From Octopus vulgaris (taxonomy: Eukaryota): 64,000 nt of DNA. This document shows positions 1 through 24,841 of the stretch, in pieces. The notes beneath the pieces are model-generated. The model saw only the letters and a list, made by a program, of their open reading frames with translations, was not told the origin of the DNA and made no database searches. Position 1 is the stretch's first letter. Every line of letters begins with the position of its first letter. The stretch lies in assembly GCA_951406725.2 (NCBI GenBank), contig OX597814.1, forward strand, positions 51,398,001 through 51,462,000. Direction: 5' to 3'. Made by a program: the position numbers and the translations under genes.

Positions 1-202
1 TTGATTTCTAAAGTCACGTCGTGGATGGAGGACAAAGCTGGGGTCTTTTACAAAAACGGTCTCCAGAGCTGGATCAAACGATGGGAGAAATGCGTAACTC
101 TGAGTGGTTCCTATGTAGAAAAAGACCAATAACTGTGCCAAGTTTCGTTGCTCTACTGCTATGGGAAGTGGGTCAGGGGCATTACTTATTGAACGCCCCT
201 CA
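1..202 (+). mobile_element. 3' end of a mariner transposon (transposase C-terminus plus right TIR); same family as 29620..30903
   Basis: Near-identical to ~30711..30903. Ends in the TIR aagtgggtcaggggcattacttattgaacgcccctca, followed by TA at 203-204. Confidence 0.9.
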
Positions 203-814
203 TAGTCGAACTAAGAGAGAAAGGTCAAGCTTAGTTGAACACCAGTTACATGGGGCGAGAAGAGACAGAAGTAGAGGCAGAGGGATAGAAGAATTAAGGA
301 GGAGTGAGAAAAAAATGAAAGGGACTCAGTGAAGTGAAAGAGGAGGGAAAGTGAGCATGAAGAGGAGGCCAGGAAATGTGAGAGAGGGGGAACAAAAGAA
401 CAAGGAGTGGAATGAACAAAGTAAGTGTGAAAGGGCTGATAGAAAGAATGAAAGAATAATAGAGTCGTACAAAATTTAGATATATATACATACTTACATA
501 TAAGAGACCAAAATGTACATGCGCTGCTATATTTTTATATATAAAAAATACAAAATTGGGACAAGAACGTAAAACATCCAGACAGTTAGGTGATACAAAA
601 AAGGGACAACAAAACATCCAGACAGATGATACAAAGAAAACAAGGACGGGTCATTCAGAGTTTTCTTTCCTCAGTCGAGTTCCAGATTATCTTTGCTATT
701 TCAGATGGTTATACTCGAGATTGCTCCAATCTGGCCAGCCCCAAGGAAAAATTAAGCTATATATATATATATGTGAAGGGATAATTAATAATTATAATCA
801 CCTTATTAGCATAT

Positions 815-1240
815 CACCATCATCATCATTTAACGTCCGTTTTCCATGCTGGTATGAGTTGGACGGTTTGACTGGAGACTGGCAAGCCAGGAGGTTATAC
901 CAGGCTCCAATCTGATCTGGCAATGTTTCTACAGCTGGATGCCCTTCCTAACGCCAACCACTCTGAGAATATAGTGGGTGCTTTTTACATGTCACCAGCA
1001 CAGGAGCCAGTCAGGTGGCATTGGTCACGTTCGAATGGTGCTTTTTATGTGCCACGGCACAGGAGCTAGTCGGGGCAGGGGGCTGGCATTGACCATGTTT
1101 GGACGGTGCTTTTTATGGGCCACCGCCACAGGGAGCCTGTCAGGCGTCTCTGGCAGCGACCCACGCATGAATGAATGGTGTTTTCCATGTGCCACCAGCA
1201 CTGGTAATGGCCACAACAATTTCCATTGGATTGTGATTTG
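815..1240 (-). mobile_element. RTE-type LINE 3' tail / related non-autonomous retroelement ending in (GAT)n
   Basis: Contains the motif tttctacagctggatgcccttcctaacgccaaccactc and a (cat)n tail. Recurs at ~7370-7810 (+), 11345-11786 (+), 15037-15500 (-), 33531-33668 (-), 38313-38440 (-), 41290-41400 (-), 42258-42430 (+), 50567-50850 (-), 62185-62330 (-) and 63180-63400 (+). Confidence 0.7.
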
Positions 1241-1250
1241 ATTTTTAAAA

Positions 1251-2660
1251 TAATAATGAAATTTTTGTATACAGTGCTCAGGTGCACCACAACTTGTCAG
1301 AAAGTGCATATAAAGTACATGCAGTAATGTAAAAATGCCTGGAAAGCGAACAATGTATGAGTCAGATACATGCTTGTGTGTGTATGGAGGGGAGAAAATC
1401 AGGTGTAGTGTTGGCAAATCTCAGAAAGCATGGAAGTTTTGAAGGATGCAGTGCTCCGACAACTAACAACTGATGCTGGCAGTTTGTTCCAGGCTTCAGC
1501 AACTCTCAGCGTGAAAAAATGTTTCCTGAAGTCATGGGAGCTGTGCTGTTTTCTGACTTTGTAAATATGTCCACGGGTGTTAGATGGGTGGAGTTTGAAA
1601 AGGTGCTCAGAGTTATTGTTTGTAAGATGGTTAATAATTTTATGGGTGTCTGCCAAGTCAGCTGCCAGACGTCGGAGTTTCAATGTGTCCATGCCCAGGG
1701 AAGTAAGGCATTCAGGATATGGCAAACGCCTGATGGATGGTATTCTTTTGGTTGCACGTCGCTGAACGGCTTCCAGACGATTGATATCCTGGGCAAGATA
1801 GGGGTTCCATACCGGTGATGCAAATTCCAGGTGAGGTCTTACCATAGCTATATAAAGCCGCAGATAGATAGCCGGAGAGCGGCTCACAAAGGATTTGGTG
1901 AGTGATGCCAAGACACCCTCAGCCTTCTTGACAATTTTAGCGATGTGTTTTGTCCAACGCAAATCACTGTCGACAATAACACCCAGGTCACGTTCACATG
2001 AAGACTTTTTGAGACTAGTGTTGTGGAGGGAGCAGGTGGACGCTGGGTTTCTCCTCCCAAAATGCATGGGGGTACATTTGCCCACAGCCAGCTTGAGTTG
2101 CCAGTCCATGATCCACTGCTGCATTGTGTCCAGGTCTGCTTGCAATAGGGATCTATAATGTACAGGATTTGACCTCTTTATTTTGAGGTACAGCTTGATG
2201 TCATCTGCATATTTCAGCACTGTGGCATTCTTTAAGTTGGCATCTATGTCATTAACATATGCAACAAATAAAAGGGAGCCAAGAACAGATCCCTGTGGTA
2301 CACCAGATGCCATCTCATAGGGCGAAGAGTGCTGTCCTAGAACTGTGACAACCTCTTTTCGGCCGAAAATAAAGGACTTCAACCAGTTATAGAGTTCGTC
2401 TCTTACACCCAATGCAGAAAGCTTCACCATAAGTCTTTTGTGTGGCACAGAGTTAAAAGCCTTAGCAAAGTCCAGGTAAACAACATCCACCCAGGATCCG
2501 CGATCAGTGATTTGGGTAATGTCCTCAAGAAACTCGATGAGTTGATTACAGCAGCTGGAGTTAGGAATAAATCCGAATTGTGACGGCTGGATGAGGCTGT
2601 GAGACTTCCAGAAGTTCCAGAGGGTTTCTCTGATACAGGATTCCATTGACTCAATAGGTC
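1251..2660 (-). mobile_element. 5'-truncated CR1-like LINE with an open reverse-transcriptase ORF (1399..~2660), 3' UTR and (ATT)n tail
   Basis: RT motifs QFGF, VYLDFAKAFNSVPH, SGVPQGSVLG and KYADD. CR1-type C-terminus TRGH...[14 protein letters not shown]. 3' stem-loop gtgcacctgagcac. Confidence 0.9.
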
Positions 2661-2704
2661 TCCTCATGCACAGAATGTCACCTGACAATTCAAAGGTACT
2701 TTTC

Positions 2705-3430
2705 AAATGGGCTAGTTATGCAACACTGGTACAGGCTACAGCTGTGATCTCACTTTCCTTGCCAGGACTTCTCAATCACAGCATATCTCTAGAGGTCTCA
2801 GTCTTTTGTCACTGCCTTTGTGAGGCTCAACATTCAAAGGTCATGCTTCACCACCTCATCCCATGTCTTCCTGAGTCTCCCTCTTCCACTGTTAGGGAGT
2901 GACACTTCTTCACAGCTCTCCTCATCCATACGCAGCACATGACCATACCAGCGCAGTCGTCTCTCTTGCACACCACATCTGATGCTTCTTATGTTCAACA
3001 TTTCTCACAGAGTGCTTACACTCTGTTGTGTGTGCACACTGACATTACACATCCAGCAGATCATACTAGCTTCATTTCTTTCAAGGCTACGCATGTCATC
3101 AGCAGTCATGGCCCATGTTTCACTGCCGTGTAGCATGGCAGTTCACACCCATGCATCATACAATCTACCTTTCACTCTGAGTGAGAGGCCCTTTGTCACC
3201 AGAAGAGGTGGGAGCTTTCTGAACTTTGCCCAGTCTATTCTTATTCTAGTGGCAATGCTTTCTGAGCATCCACTCCCACTACAGACTTGGTCACCTAGGT
3301 AGTTGAAGCTATCAACTACTTCTAGTTTCTCCCACTGGCATGTGATGGAATCAGTTTTCTAAGCATCTGCAGTGTTTATTGCCCCTGTGCATCTGCCACA
3401 CACAAAAGCTATCTTCCCGGTTAACCTTCC
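2705..3430 (-). mobile_element. Degenerate RTE-clade LINE fragment (RT C-terminal half)
   Basis: Minus-strand translation gives GRLTGKIAFVCGRC...LEVVDSFNYLGD and the RTE-type end GRGRLRKTWDEVVKHDL, with stops. Confidence 0.75.
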
Positions 3431-3668
3431 CTAATATAGTATTCAGTTAACTGAATAAACATCAGCTAAACTACAATTGATCAGAAAGTCGAGTCTTTCA
3501 CAAATCCATGGTATAATCCAATAGGCATAAAATGTGATATACAGTGTATAGTAAAAATAATTAAAATGAGGTTGATTTTGTGGGTACTACGCACAATGAT
3601 TTTCTGGGGTACTACGCACTTAAAAACGATAGGAGAAGCCTTTTCAGTAAAAAAAGAGGGGGGGAAAT

Positions 3669-3944
3669 ATTTTTAGACGAAACGGTATGTGATTAAAGGG
3701 AGATTTGACTGTTGTTTCTAGCATATCCCATGGCCACTTTCCTCGTTTCTTTCTCACTCTGACAAGTATTAGTTTTTCAATATTTTCTCCCCAATAATAG
3801 CATAAATTCATTTATGCTACAAATTTTTTTTTTCTTTTTGGAAAATTTATGATTTTTATCAACCCTAAACCTTACAGGTCATGGGATATGCTAGAAACAG
3901 CAGCCAAATACCCCTTAAATCACACATACTTTTCGTTTGAAAAT
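3669..3944. repeat. Foldback/MITE-like inverted repeat with ~68-bp arms and an internal aaccctaaacc
   Basis: 3669-3736 (...gtgattaaagggagatttgactgttgtttctagcatatcccatggcc) is the reverse complement of 3877-3944 (ggtcatgggatatgctagaaacagcagccaaataccccttaaatcac...). Confidence 0.7.
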
Positions 3945-4553
3945 CTACCAAAAATCATCGAGTGTAGTGCGGAACAGTTCTCAAAAATAACCCCAATTGT
4001 TTTCCCCCAAAATTCCTATGTCCTTGGAATCTACACAGTTCGAGGTATATTTGTAGGAAATTTCATTTAAAAATATCCATCTTCTTGAAAGTTAAGACGA
4101 ATTGGACTCCGGTGAATTTTCCGAAATTCCCCACCTCAACCCCTCCTAAAACACTTTCCCAAAAATTTTGTATATTCGGAATCTACATGATATAAAACAT
4201 ATTCGTAGAAAATTTCATTGAAAAAATATCCACTTTTCTGAAAGTTATAATCATCCAAAATCAGGGGTGCAGAAATCTGTAATTATGCCTAATGAAATGT
4301 TAGCACCAAGCAGTGTTTAGGCATAAACAAAACTTAGGTTAGTTAAAATACGATTGTGACAGAAAGATACTAGAAGTTTTGATTCTCGAAACCAGGTGTC
4401 ACTCGCATATAATACATTAAAGATTTTATCCCCATAAATTATGATTAAACACTTTATTTATCCAAAGAAAAGGTTGAATCAACTTTAAAACGATGTACAC
4501 TTATACTAGAGTGAAGTTTCAATTAACTCACGCACTGAATTTAATCATTTTAC

Positions 4554-4749
4554 CTGCATCCAAGTAGCTTATTTTTTGTAGACTGTATGGTATTCCAGTA
4601 ACTAATTCCAAATGATCTTTTAGTTCTGAAATTTTCATTTTCATCGAAACATAGACAATATAAAGATCGACTTTCAATAGTCTGACCTTTAGCGAAACTG
4701 GATGAGTTTTTTTCCATGTAAGTCTATATTTATCTCTTGCCTTGCCCAT
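4554..4749 (-). CDS. First coding exon of an ANKRD60-like protein (N-terminal ubiquitin-like domain); downstream exons presumably lie left of the window
   Basis: ATG at 4749. Translation ...MKISELKDHLELVTGIPYSLQKISYLDAG resembles the ANKRD60 Ubl segment as recalled ([25 protein letters not shown]). Phase-1 donor GCAG|GTAAAA after 4554. Confidence 0.65.
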
Positions 4750-4796
4750 CTTTGAGAAAAGCCACTATATTAGAAGCGACTGAAATGGGAACTGTA

Positions 4797-4810
4797 ATTA
4801 CCATAGTAAC
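4797..4810. promoter_or_regulatory. RFX X-box motif ATTACCATAGTAAC in the bidirectional promoter
   Basis: Matches the consensus RYYNYYATRRNAAC; lies ~50 bp upstream of the ANKRD60-like ATG. Confidence 0.55.
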
Positions 4811-5017
4811 TTCAATGCGGAATTAATATTCTTTTCCCCACAACTTCACTCCAATTATAAATTTTAAATTCAACCAAAGGAAAATAATTTAAAATTTAAT
4901 TCCATATTAAGATATATTTTTAAACACAAATTGAATGATATTATTTCTATTAGAAATATATTTTCAAATCTATAATTTTCTGCTTAATAGTTGCATTTGC
5001 TTGACTCGGTGTTGAAA

Positions 5018-18227
<13,210 letters not shown>

Positions 18228-18291
18228 AAGCAAAAGAAATAGAGACCATGTATTACTTAGCTTTCTTTCAACACTGAAATGTATAATGTAA

Positions 18292-18297
18292 AATAAA
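18292..18297 (+). terminator. Putative polyadenylation signal of NDUFV2
   Basis: AATAAA ~65 nt after the stop codon. Confidence 0.55.
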
Positions 18298-20003
18298 TTT
18301 GTTACCGAATATCTTAAGTTCTTTGTATACTCATTGATTAGAATATACCATTTTTTAAATTTAAGAAAAAGCTAGTTTTCTTAAAGGAAAACCAGATTAA
18401 TGTATTTGAAATTGTCCTTTAAAGGACTATTTCATCAAACTGCAAATAAAAATGTCTACTAAAATCAATTTGTTTCTTTCTAACAATTGGAGAATAGGTT
18501 GCATGTTTTTCTTACAAAGAGTTCTCCTATCATTAGATTTTTATTAAAATCAAACCAAAAGTACAAGTTTTCAATCTTTATAACAACAGTTTGAAAGATT
18601 TCTCAAACTATTGCAAAATGAATTTAACACCAAAATAAATGAAGATTCTTGAATTTTATATATATATACATACATACACACACACACACACACATACATA
18701 TATATTTCATATGCATAATCTAAACTAGAAAGAGTCACAACATGAATAACAAACAAAATAAAGTGATTAAGAAAAATATAACATCTTTTATGACTTCATG
18801 ATGAAAATTTCATTAATATCTTTTGAAAAGAGGATGAAGTTTTACAGTCAATTAAACTAACTCCAGTATACTGTTAGTACAATTTTACTGACCTTGAAGC
18901 AATGAAAAATCAATTGCATTGAGATTTGAACTCAAAAATATTGCAATCACTAATGCACTATTCAAGGAACATATACTGAAAGCTAATCCAAATAAGCCCT
19001 CACTTCCCAATTTGCAAGACTGTTCTTTCATCACCTGGCATGGCATATTACAAAATGATACAACCCTATGCTATGGAATACGCTCGCATTCACAAAAACT
19101 GGATTTTTAAAAATGAAAACTGCAAAGACAGGTTTTCCACAATATTTTTGGTATGAAAAAAAAATTTTTTTTAAAGCCTAGTATGAGATAATATGACCGT
19201 GTTTGACCCCTCCCCCTAACTTCACCTTTTAGAAATATAACATCTCAGTAATATTTACACTGACAATACTTATCATCATCAATAAGATTTTTGGGTATGT
19301 ACATAGTAATAAGTATACATTCTAATGATATAGTGGACAAGAGTAGTACATGCATTAGTTTAGAAATAAAGGTTCCTAGTTCAAATCCACTTTAGTACTA
19401 TGTACATATCCAAGAATTAAGGTACCTAATGAAGATTGGATAATCATACTGTCTAATGAAATCTCTATAAAAAAAATGTTTCCTCCTTAGAGATGAGGTT
19501 AATATATGAGAAATTAGAATCATAATAATTCATCTTAGACATTTAAACTTCAAGTTTTATGCTGCTATTTATGGCTCTGAGAGGCTTGTGCTACTGAATA
19601 TTTACAACTGAATGCCTTTTTTCAATTACAAATTAAGACTGGTACCAATCCAATTGATAACTACAGATGCTGGAGTATTTCAGAGAAGCTGTCTTTAGAC
19701 AAGACATCTAAAATCCAGATTTAAAAATTATACAAAAAAAAAAATATAAGCTGATGATGACACCCAACTCAAATGTTTTATATTCACTACTTTGTTATGA
19801 AAATTGTTCCCCCTGCCCTATATTAATAATATACAATCATTTTTGTATAGTAAAATGCCTGCAAAGTTGAGCCACTAGATGGTACACAGAAAAATCTTTT
19901 TTAAAAAATGCTGAATAAATGTTTATAAGTACGAATGGATCACCAAATATATATTTATGAATATAATAGGTTAAATATATAAAACCCTCAAAACAAGGGG
20001 AAA

Positions 20004-22784
20004 TCATTTGTATGATCTAGAGTTATTGCCTCTATATTGATCATACTGATCAGTCCACCCACTTTTGTTTCTATTTTGGTTATAACCATAGTTTCCACCA
20101 CCTCGTGGATTATTAAATCTTCTGTTATATCCTCCACCTCCTCTGTTCTGTTGCCTATAACCTCCTCCTCCTCCTCCATAACGATTTCCAGAGTAACCAC
20201 TGTTGTTGTAATTGTCATTGTTCCAATTCATCAACATTGGAGGAGGATTATTATAATTTCTTCCTTGATATAACTCCAAAGGTGGGGGAATCCTAGCACC
20301 ATCTCCAGAGTAGCCTTGTTGTGTAGGTTGATTCGGCTGATTGGTACTGTGGCGTATCATTCGTACCATTGCATTAACATCTGTGTCACGGTACCCAGAG
20401 TTTCTCTGAAATCCTAATTGAGGTCTATATGGCTGATTACGATTTTTTCTATCATAATCAGATGGTTTGACTGTTGGTGGTGGGAAAACAGCATTAGGTA
20501 AAACTTTAGCAGAAAACAAAAAGTCATCACCATAATGTGGGTCAGCAAAATATACACACAATGCTTGGTTTTTAAAATCCTTCAATTTTGAAAGAGGTGA
20601 GAAGAAAGTGTGGCCTGGTAAAACAGCAGTGTTATCACACCAAACAGTGCCTGCCATACCTTCAGCTAACTTTGGATTAATCTGTGATTTCACATTATAT
20701 TGATTTTGCTCGTATAAAGAATCAAAGTAACTGTGAATTGGATTTTTACAACCAACAAACAATCGGTCACTACCTCTGGTATTCCTAAGTTTTTCTTCAC
20801 CTGTAAGATCATCATAAACACTGCTAAGAGCTTTCTTTAGCCTAATTTCATCAACAAAAGGAAGAAGAGCTACTCCTTGCCAAGCATATTTCTTGCCATT
20901 AAGATCAACTTTAAAATCGATAGGATAAAAGTCAATAACTGGAGAATCTTCATCAACCATCAATCGTTGCCAAGTAACAGGTAAGAATTGACGACTAGCT
21001 GCTGGAAAAACTCCCATTAGCTGTTCTAAAGGTTTAAATGGTTCAGTGTTTTTTTCAAATTCATTTGATAGATCACCTACATTCAAAAAATCTGAGGCAA
21101 ATGGTGCATAATGATATGGAAAATACCACTTCCAACTGGCACATCCTTGATAGTAGTATCTCAAAACCCAACAGAGTCCACGTACATAATGATTAGCAAC
21201 TTGATGCCGAAAAGCAACATCATCCTTATCAACATCAAATTTTGACTTATAATACCTGTCCTTCCAACCACTTTCCCAGAGTTTTACTTCATCTGCTGGC
21301 TCATCATCTTCTTCATCTTCATGCTTACGTTTGTTAGATTGGCTTCGTTCAGATTCATTTCTGGAAAAATTATCAGAGTGATTCTGTTTTGAACCATATG
21401 TCATTTTACGCATATCTGCTGCTGTTTGACGAGGATTTTGAATTGCGTCCCTATTACTTCCAACTGCTGCTGGGGCATATTGTCCTCCAAGCATCCACTT
21501 GGGCTTTTCCCCAAATTTAGGTCTCTTATTTTGTTTTTCTCGGCGCCGATATTCAAGATCTTTTTGACGACGATTTTTGAAAATTTCATCTTCGACTTTT
21601 CCCAACTCTGACAATACAAATTGTACTCTATCCAACTTTACCACACCATCCTCAGTCAGATATCCTCCAGTTTTGTAAACACACCTTTTATAAATGCCAA
21701 CAAGACGGTCAATAGCTCCCTCTCTGATTTCCAATGATGGTAGATGAGGTAAGAAATCATTACCAACAAAAAAGCACATGAAGACCCAGTCATCGACAGC
21801 TCGTTCAAAATCGTATTTAAAGGGGAGCCCATCCATATGGAGTTGTTGTTGTAAGTGTTCTCTTAATACACACAATCGGATAAAAATGAATTCTTGTTCT
21901 GAACCAAGTGCTTTTGCAAGTGGTTTGTCACATTCTTCTTTTGGTAACCCAACACATTCTTTCATTTCATGCCCTAACTGCCCACATAGCTCACATGGTC
22001 TGGGTTGATTATACTTGAATTCTTCTCTTATTATAGTAAAATGTGGTTCATGTGTTGCCAGTCCCAACATTATCAAATCAGCGTCGGCTCCACAGAGACA
22101 GTGATGCGTATTTGGATCATGGTCAGGTTGGGCTCTCTGTCGTCGAATATAATCCATAATTTTATGTTCTCCTTCTCCTGGAACATTTGCATCAGAAAGA
22201 ATTACTTTGATGTTTTCCCATCCAGGCGAATTATTTAAACGATCGTGGACATAATAGCGAAGACATTCAGCAAGACGAAACATAAATGGAGTACCTGGAG
22301 TAATACAATTACTATCGAATCTTTCACCTTTTTCTTTCGGTGGTGGTAAATGGAAGCCTTTAGACAAAACTTCGTCTCGTAGTTTAGATTTCTCTACTTC
22401 ACTTTCAACTGCTTCCTTGGAAGAACGAAATCTCCGCGAACGCTGCTGGTTCATTTTTGCACGTGGAGCCACGCCATCGATGGCCATATACAAAAGCTTA
22501 CGTGGTCGGCAAATGTTAAAAATTCTATCGATATATTCAAAAATATCAATCATCATTTCATCTTCATTTGCGGGAGCAGGTTTGTTTTCAGGGTGACAAC
22601 ATGGATGAATAATGCCGTTCATATCTAAATATAGGTTATCAAATTCAACATCGTTCGGGTTCGGTTTACTAGGGTCTACTGGTACTGTTGTGTCATCAAT
22701 CTCTTTTGGCTTCTCTTCCACACAATGTACAACAATTGACGTATACTTACGGCTTAGCCATCTGAAAAATGCTGGAACTCCCAT
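20004..22784 (-). CDS. XRN2: 5'-3' exoribonuclease 2 (Rat1 homologue), 926 aa, single uninterrupted ORF
   Basis: N-terminus MGVPAFFRWLSRKY. Catalytic acidic motifs LYLDMNGIIH, VPGEGEHKI, GADADLIML and VGNDFLPH. CCHC knuckle CELCGQLGHEMKEC; WYFPYHYAPFASD; G/N/Y/R-rich tail. Confidence 0.98.
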   Translation of the reverse strand: MGVPAFFRWLSRKYTSIVVHCVEEKPKEIDDTTVPVDPSKPNPNDVEFDNLYLDMNGIIHPCCHPENKPAPANEDEMMIDIFEYIDRIFNICRPRKLLYMAIDGVAPRAKMNQQRSRRFRSSKEAVESEVEKSKLRDEVLSKGFHLPPPKEKGERFDSNCITPGTPFMFRLAECLRYYVHDRLNNSPGWENIKVILSDANVPGEGEHKIMDYIRRQRAQPDHDPNTHHCLCGADADLIMLGLATHEPHFTIIREEFKYNQPRPCELCGQLGHEMKECVGLPKEECDKPLAKALGSEQEFIFIRLCVLREHLQQQLHMDGLPFKYDFERAVDDWVFMCFFVGNDFLPHLPSLEIREGAIDRLVGIYKRCVYKTGGYLTEDGVVKLDRVQFVLSELGKVEDEIFKNRRQKDLEYRRREKQNKRPKFGEKPKWMLGGQYAPAAVGSNRDAIQNPRQTAADMRKMTYGSKQNHSDNFSRNESERSQSNKRKHEDEEDDEPADEVKLWESGWKDRYYKSKFDVDKDDVAFRHQVANHYVRGLCWVLRYYYQGCASWKWYFPYHYAPFASDFLNVGDLSNEFEKNTEPFKPLEQLMGVFPAASRQFLPVTWQRLMVDEDSPVIDFYPIDFKVDLNGKKYAWQGVALLPFVDEIRLKKALSSVYDDLTGEEKLRNTRGSDRLFVGCKNPIHSYFDSLYEQNQYNVKSQINPKLAEGMAGTVWCDNTAVLPGHTFFSPLSKLKDFKNQALCVYFADPHYGDDFLFSAKVLPNAVFPPPTVKPSDYDRKNRNQPYRPQLGFQRNSGYRDTDVNAMVRMIRHSTNQPNQPTQQGYSGDGARIPPPLELYQGRNYNNPPPMLMNWNNDNYNNSGYSGNRYGGGGGGYRQQNRGGGGYNRRFNNPRGGGNYGYNQNRNKSGWTDQYDQYRGNNSRSYK

Positions 22785-22865
22785 GTTTGATTAACAAAAT
22801 TCTTAACCAACAGCGTAACTTTAAATCGCAACGCTCAAGTTACGATAAACAATGGCTGTTTATAC

Positions 22866-22901
22866 ATTTCCGGTATCCATGGGCGAAAAGCTAACTTCCG
22901 T
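22866..22901 (-). promoter_or_regulatory. Pair of ETS-type motifs (ACCGGAAAT, ACGGAAGT) upstream of XRN2
   Basis: CGGAA cores ~80-115 bp upstream of the ATG, as typical of housekeeping promoters. Confidence 0.4.
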
Positions 22902-23967
22902 TTAATTCTGCAGTTAAGTTTCTTAAAACATTAATATCTATATTTTTGTGTGTATGCATGCACGTTAATTCTTATTTTAAAATATATTGGAATAAAAAAA
23001 AATTATTTATGTATACATACTGAATTTTTTATTTTTCTATTTACAAAAAACCTTATCTGTATTAATGGAACGAAGTGTCAACTTTTAAGGGAACATTAAA
23101 TGAAATTGGTGGCGGGAAGAGTTGCATTGCACAATCAACTTATGCGGTTATTATTTCAACAACTAAGTCTATATTGCGCTAACAATATTAGCTAGGTATA
23201 ATTTTGTATAGGATTTTCTTTCAGATTTTTGATTTTACAAAGGTGTGCAATAATTTTTATGATATCGCAGAATAAATAATAGTACATTGTTTGCTAACCG
23301 ATATCATTTGAAATAATTTCTAATCAATTAGAATAGTATTTGATGAAAGACGTTTCCACGAATTTTTGGTAAGTGAAACTGGCTTAATGTGATACCTGTT
23401 TTATGAAGTAAAATGAAATATTTTCAACTGTGACCAAGGTCTAACTTTGTCGGTTGACCTAGAAACAGCGTCCACGTCTCCCTTAAATTTTAAAAGAAGG
23501 CAAGAACACAAATAATGCACTCCTAGATACTCTCCCCTCCGAAAATAAAGTGATCATATATCTCGTTAAATCATGTTAATACAGCAGGTAAATCAAACCT
23601 TGCCGTCTTGTATATAGACAAGACCGACGGAGGTAAACAATACGTACACCACGCGCTTTCAGCGTAATTAAAACCCTAATCCTAACCCTAAACACCGGGT
23701 GTATGTATTCTTTACTTTCGCAGACAAGACCAATAGATATTATGGGTCTATGTATCTCTAAAAAACGGTATGGTAATAGTTGAAAAGCCTTTAATCATTG
23801 GCCTCTTCGATAATGTTTATCTGGTGGTTAAAAAATACATAATAATCAAGAACTACAATGCTCAGTTTTCTTTGCTAGTAGTGGTTTACTATAAAATTTC
23901 TCTTACATCTTAATCATCATCTTCCCAGTAAGGTAACATGATTTATTTTTAATAAATAATTCAAACC

Positions 23968-24189
23968 TATTTCTTTATTACCCACAAGGGGCTAAACACA
24001 GAGGGGACAAACAAGGACAGACATAGGTATTAAGTCGATTACATAGACCCCAGTGCGTAACTGGTACTTAATTTATCGACCCCGAAAGGATGAGAGGCAA
24101 AGTCGACCTCGGCGGAATTTGAACTCACAACGTAACGCAGACGAAATACCGCTAAGCATTTCGCCCGGTGTGCTAACGTTTCTGCCAGC
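23968..24189 (-). mobile_element. tRNA-derived SINE family A copy
   Basis: Reverse complement of 45032..45260; flanked by a 7-bp direct repeat tcaaacc. Confidence 0.85.
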
Positions 24190-24841
24190 TCAAACCACTG
24201 AGGCAAAGTACTTAGAGACGCCATCCGCATGGAAAAAAATAGTTACATTTTTGTTGGCATATTTTAAGTAATAAGCATCTACAAATTTCACTTTTTGAAT
24301 TCAAGAAGACACCTAAATTGTGTGAATTTTTTAGGATCATTGTCCTCTCAGCCAAACAAAGTTTGTACTGTCTGGTTCTGTTGAGATACCACTCTAGTTG
24401 TTCCAGCAGCTTTCAGTTAATTTTATATAGTATTTCCTCAGCTTTTAAATGCCATATATAGCTGGCCAATGTTGTAACATTATGCCTCTCGGGGGACATA
24501 AAAGAGGACTTGTGGTTATTTAGTCTGGTCTAACATATTGCTGCTCCAACATATTTTCATGTATGTGTCCTTACATTGTTGCTGTTACTGTTGAACACCA
24601 CCTCTGCTTTGCAGATGCACTTCTTGAAGCTTGTCATTGATATGTACACTTTTGTCTTGTGCTTGAAGGAAATTTGCACCTTAATATATAAGAATAGTGA
24701 ATAATATAGTCACTGATCTTGCAGAATGCTTTCTGAGTTGTAAAAAAACTTGATGATCACAAGTGAAACAACTGTTTTCAATTTTAGGATGGAGGTATAC
24801 AGAGATAATTTAAGCAGAAGTTCCAGTTATACCATCTAGCA

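Noticed and set aside
640-760. Possible hammerhead in a Penelope-like terminal region
   Set aside because: No CUGANGA core with matching stems could be drawn on either strand.
19731-19744. A-run near the XRN2 3' end as a retrocopy poly(A) remnant
   Set aside because: It is on the wrong strand (a U-run in the XRN2 mRNA) and has no TSD.
19988-22794. Short antisense and alternative-frame ORFs overlapping XRN2
   Set aside because: Shadow ORFs of a real coding sequence, with no independent motifs.
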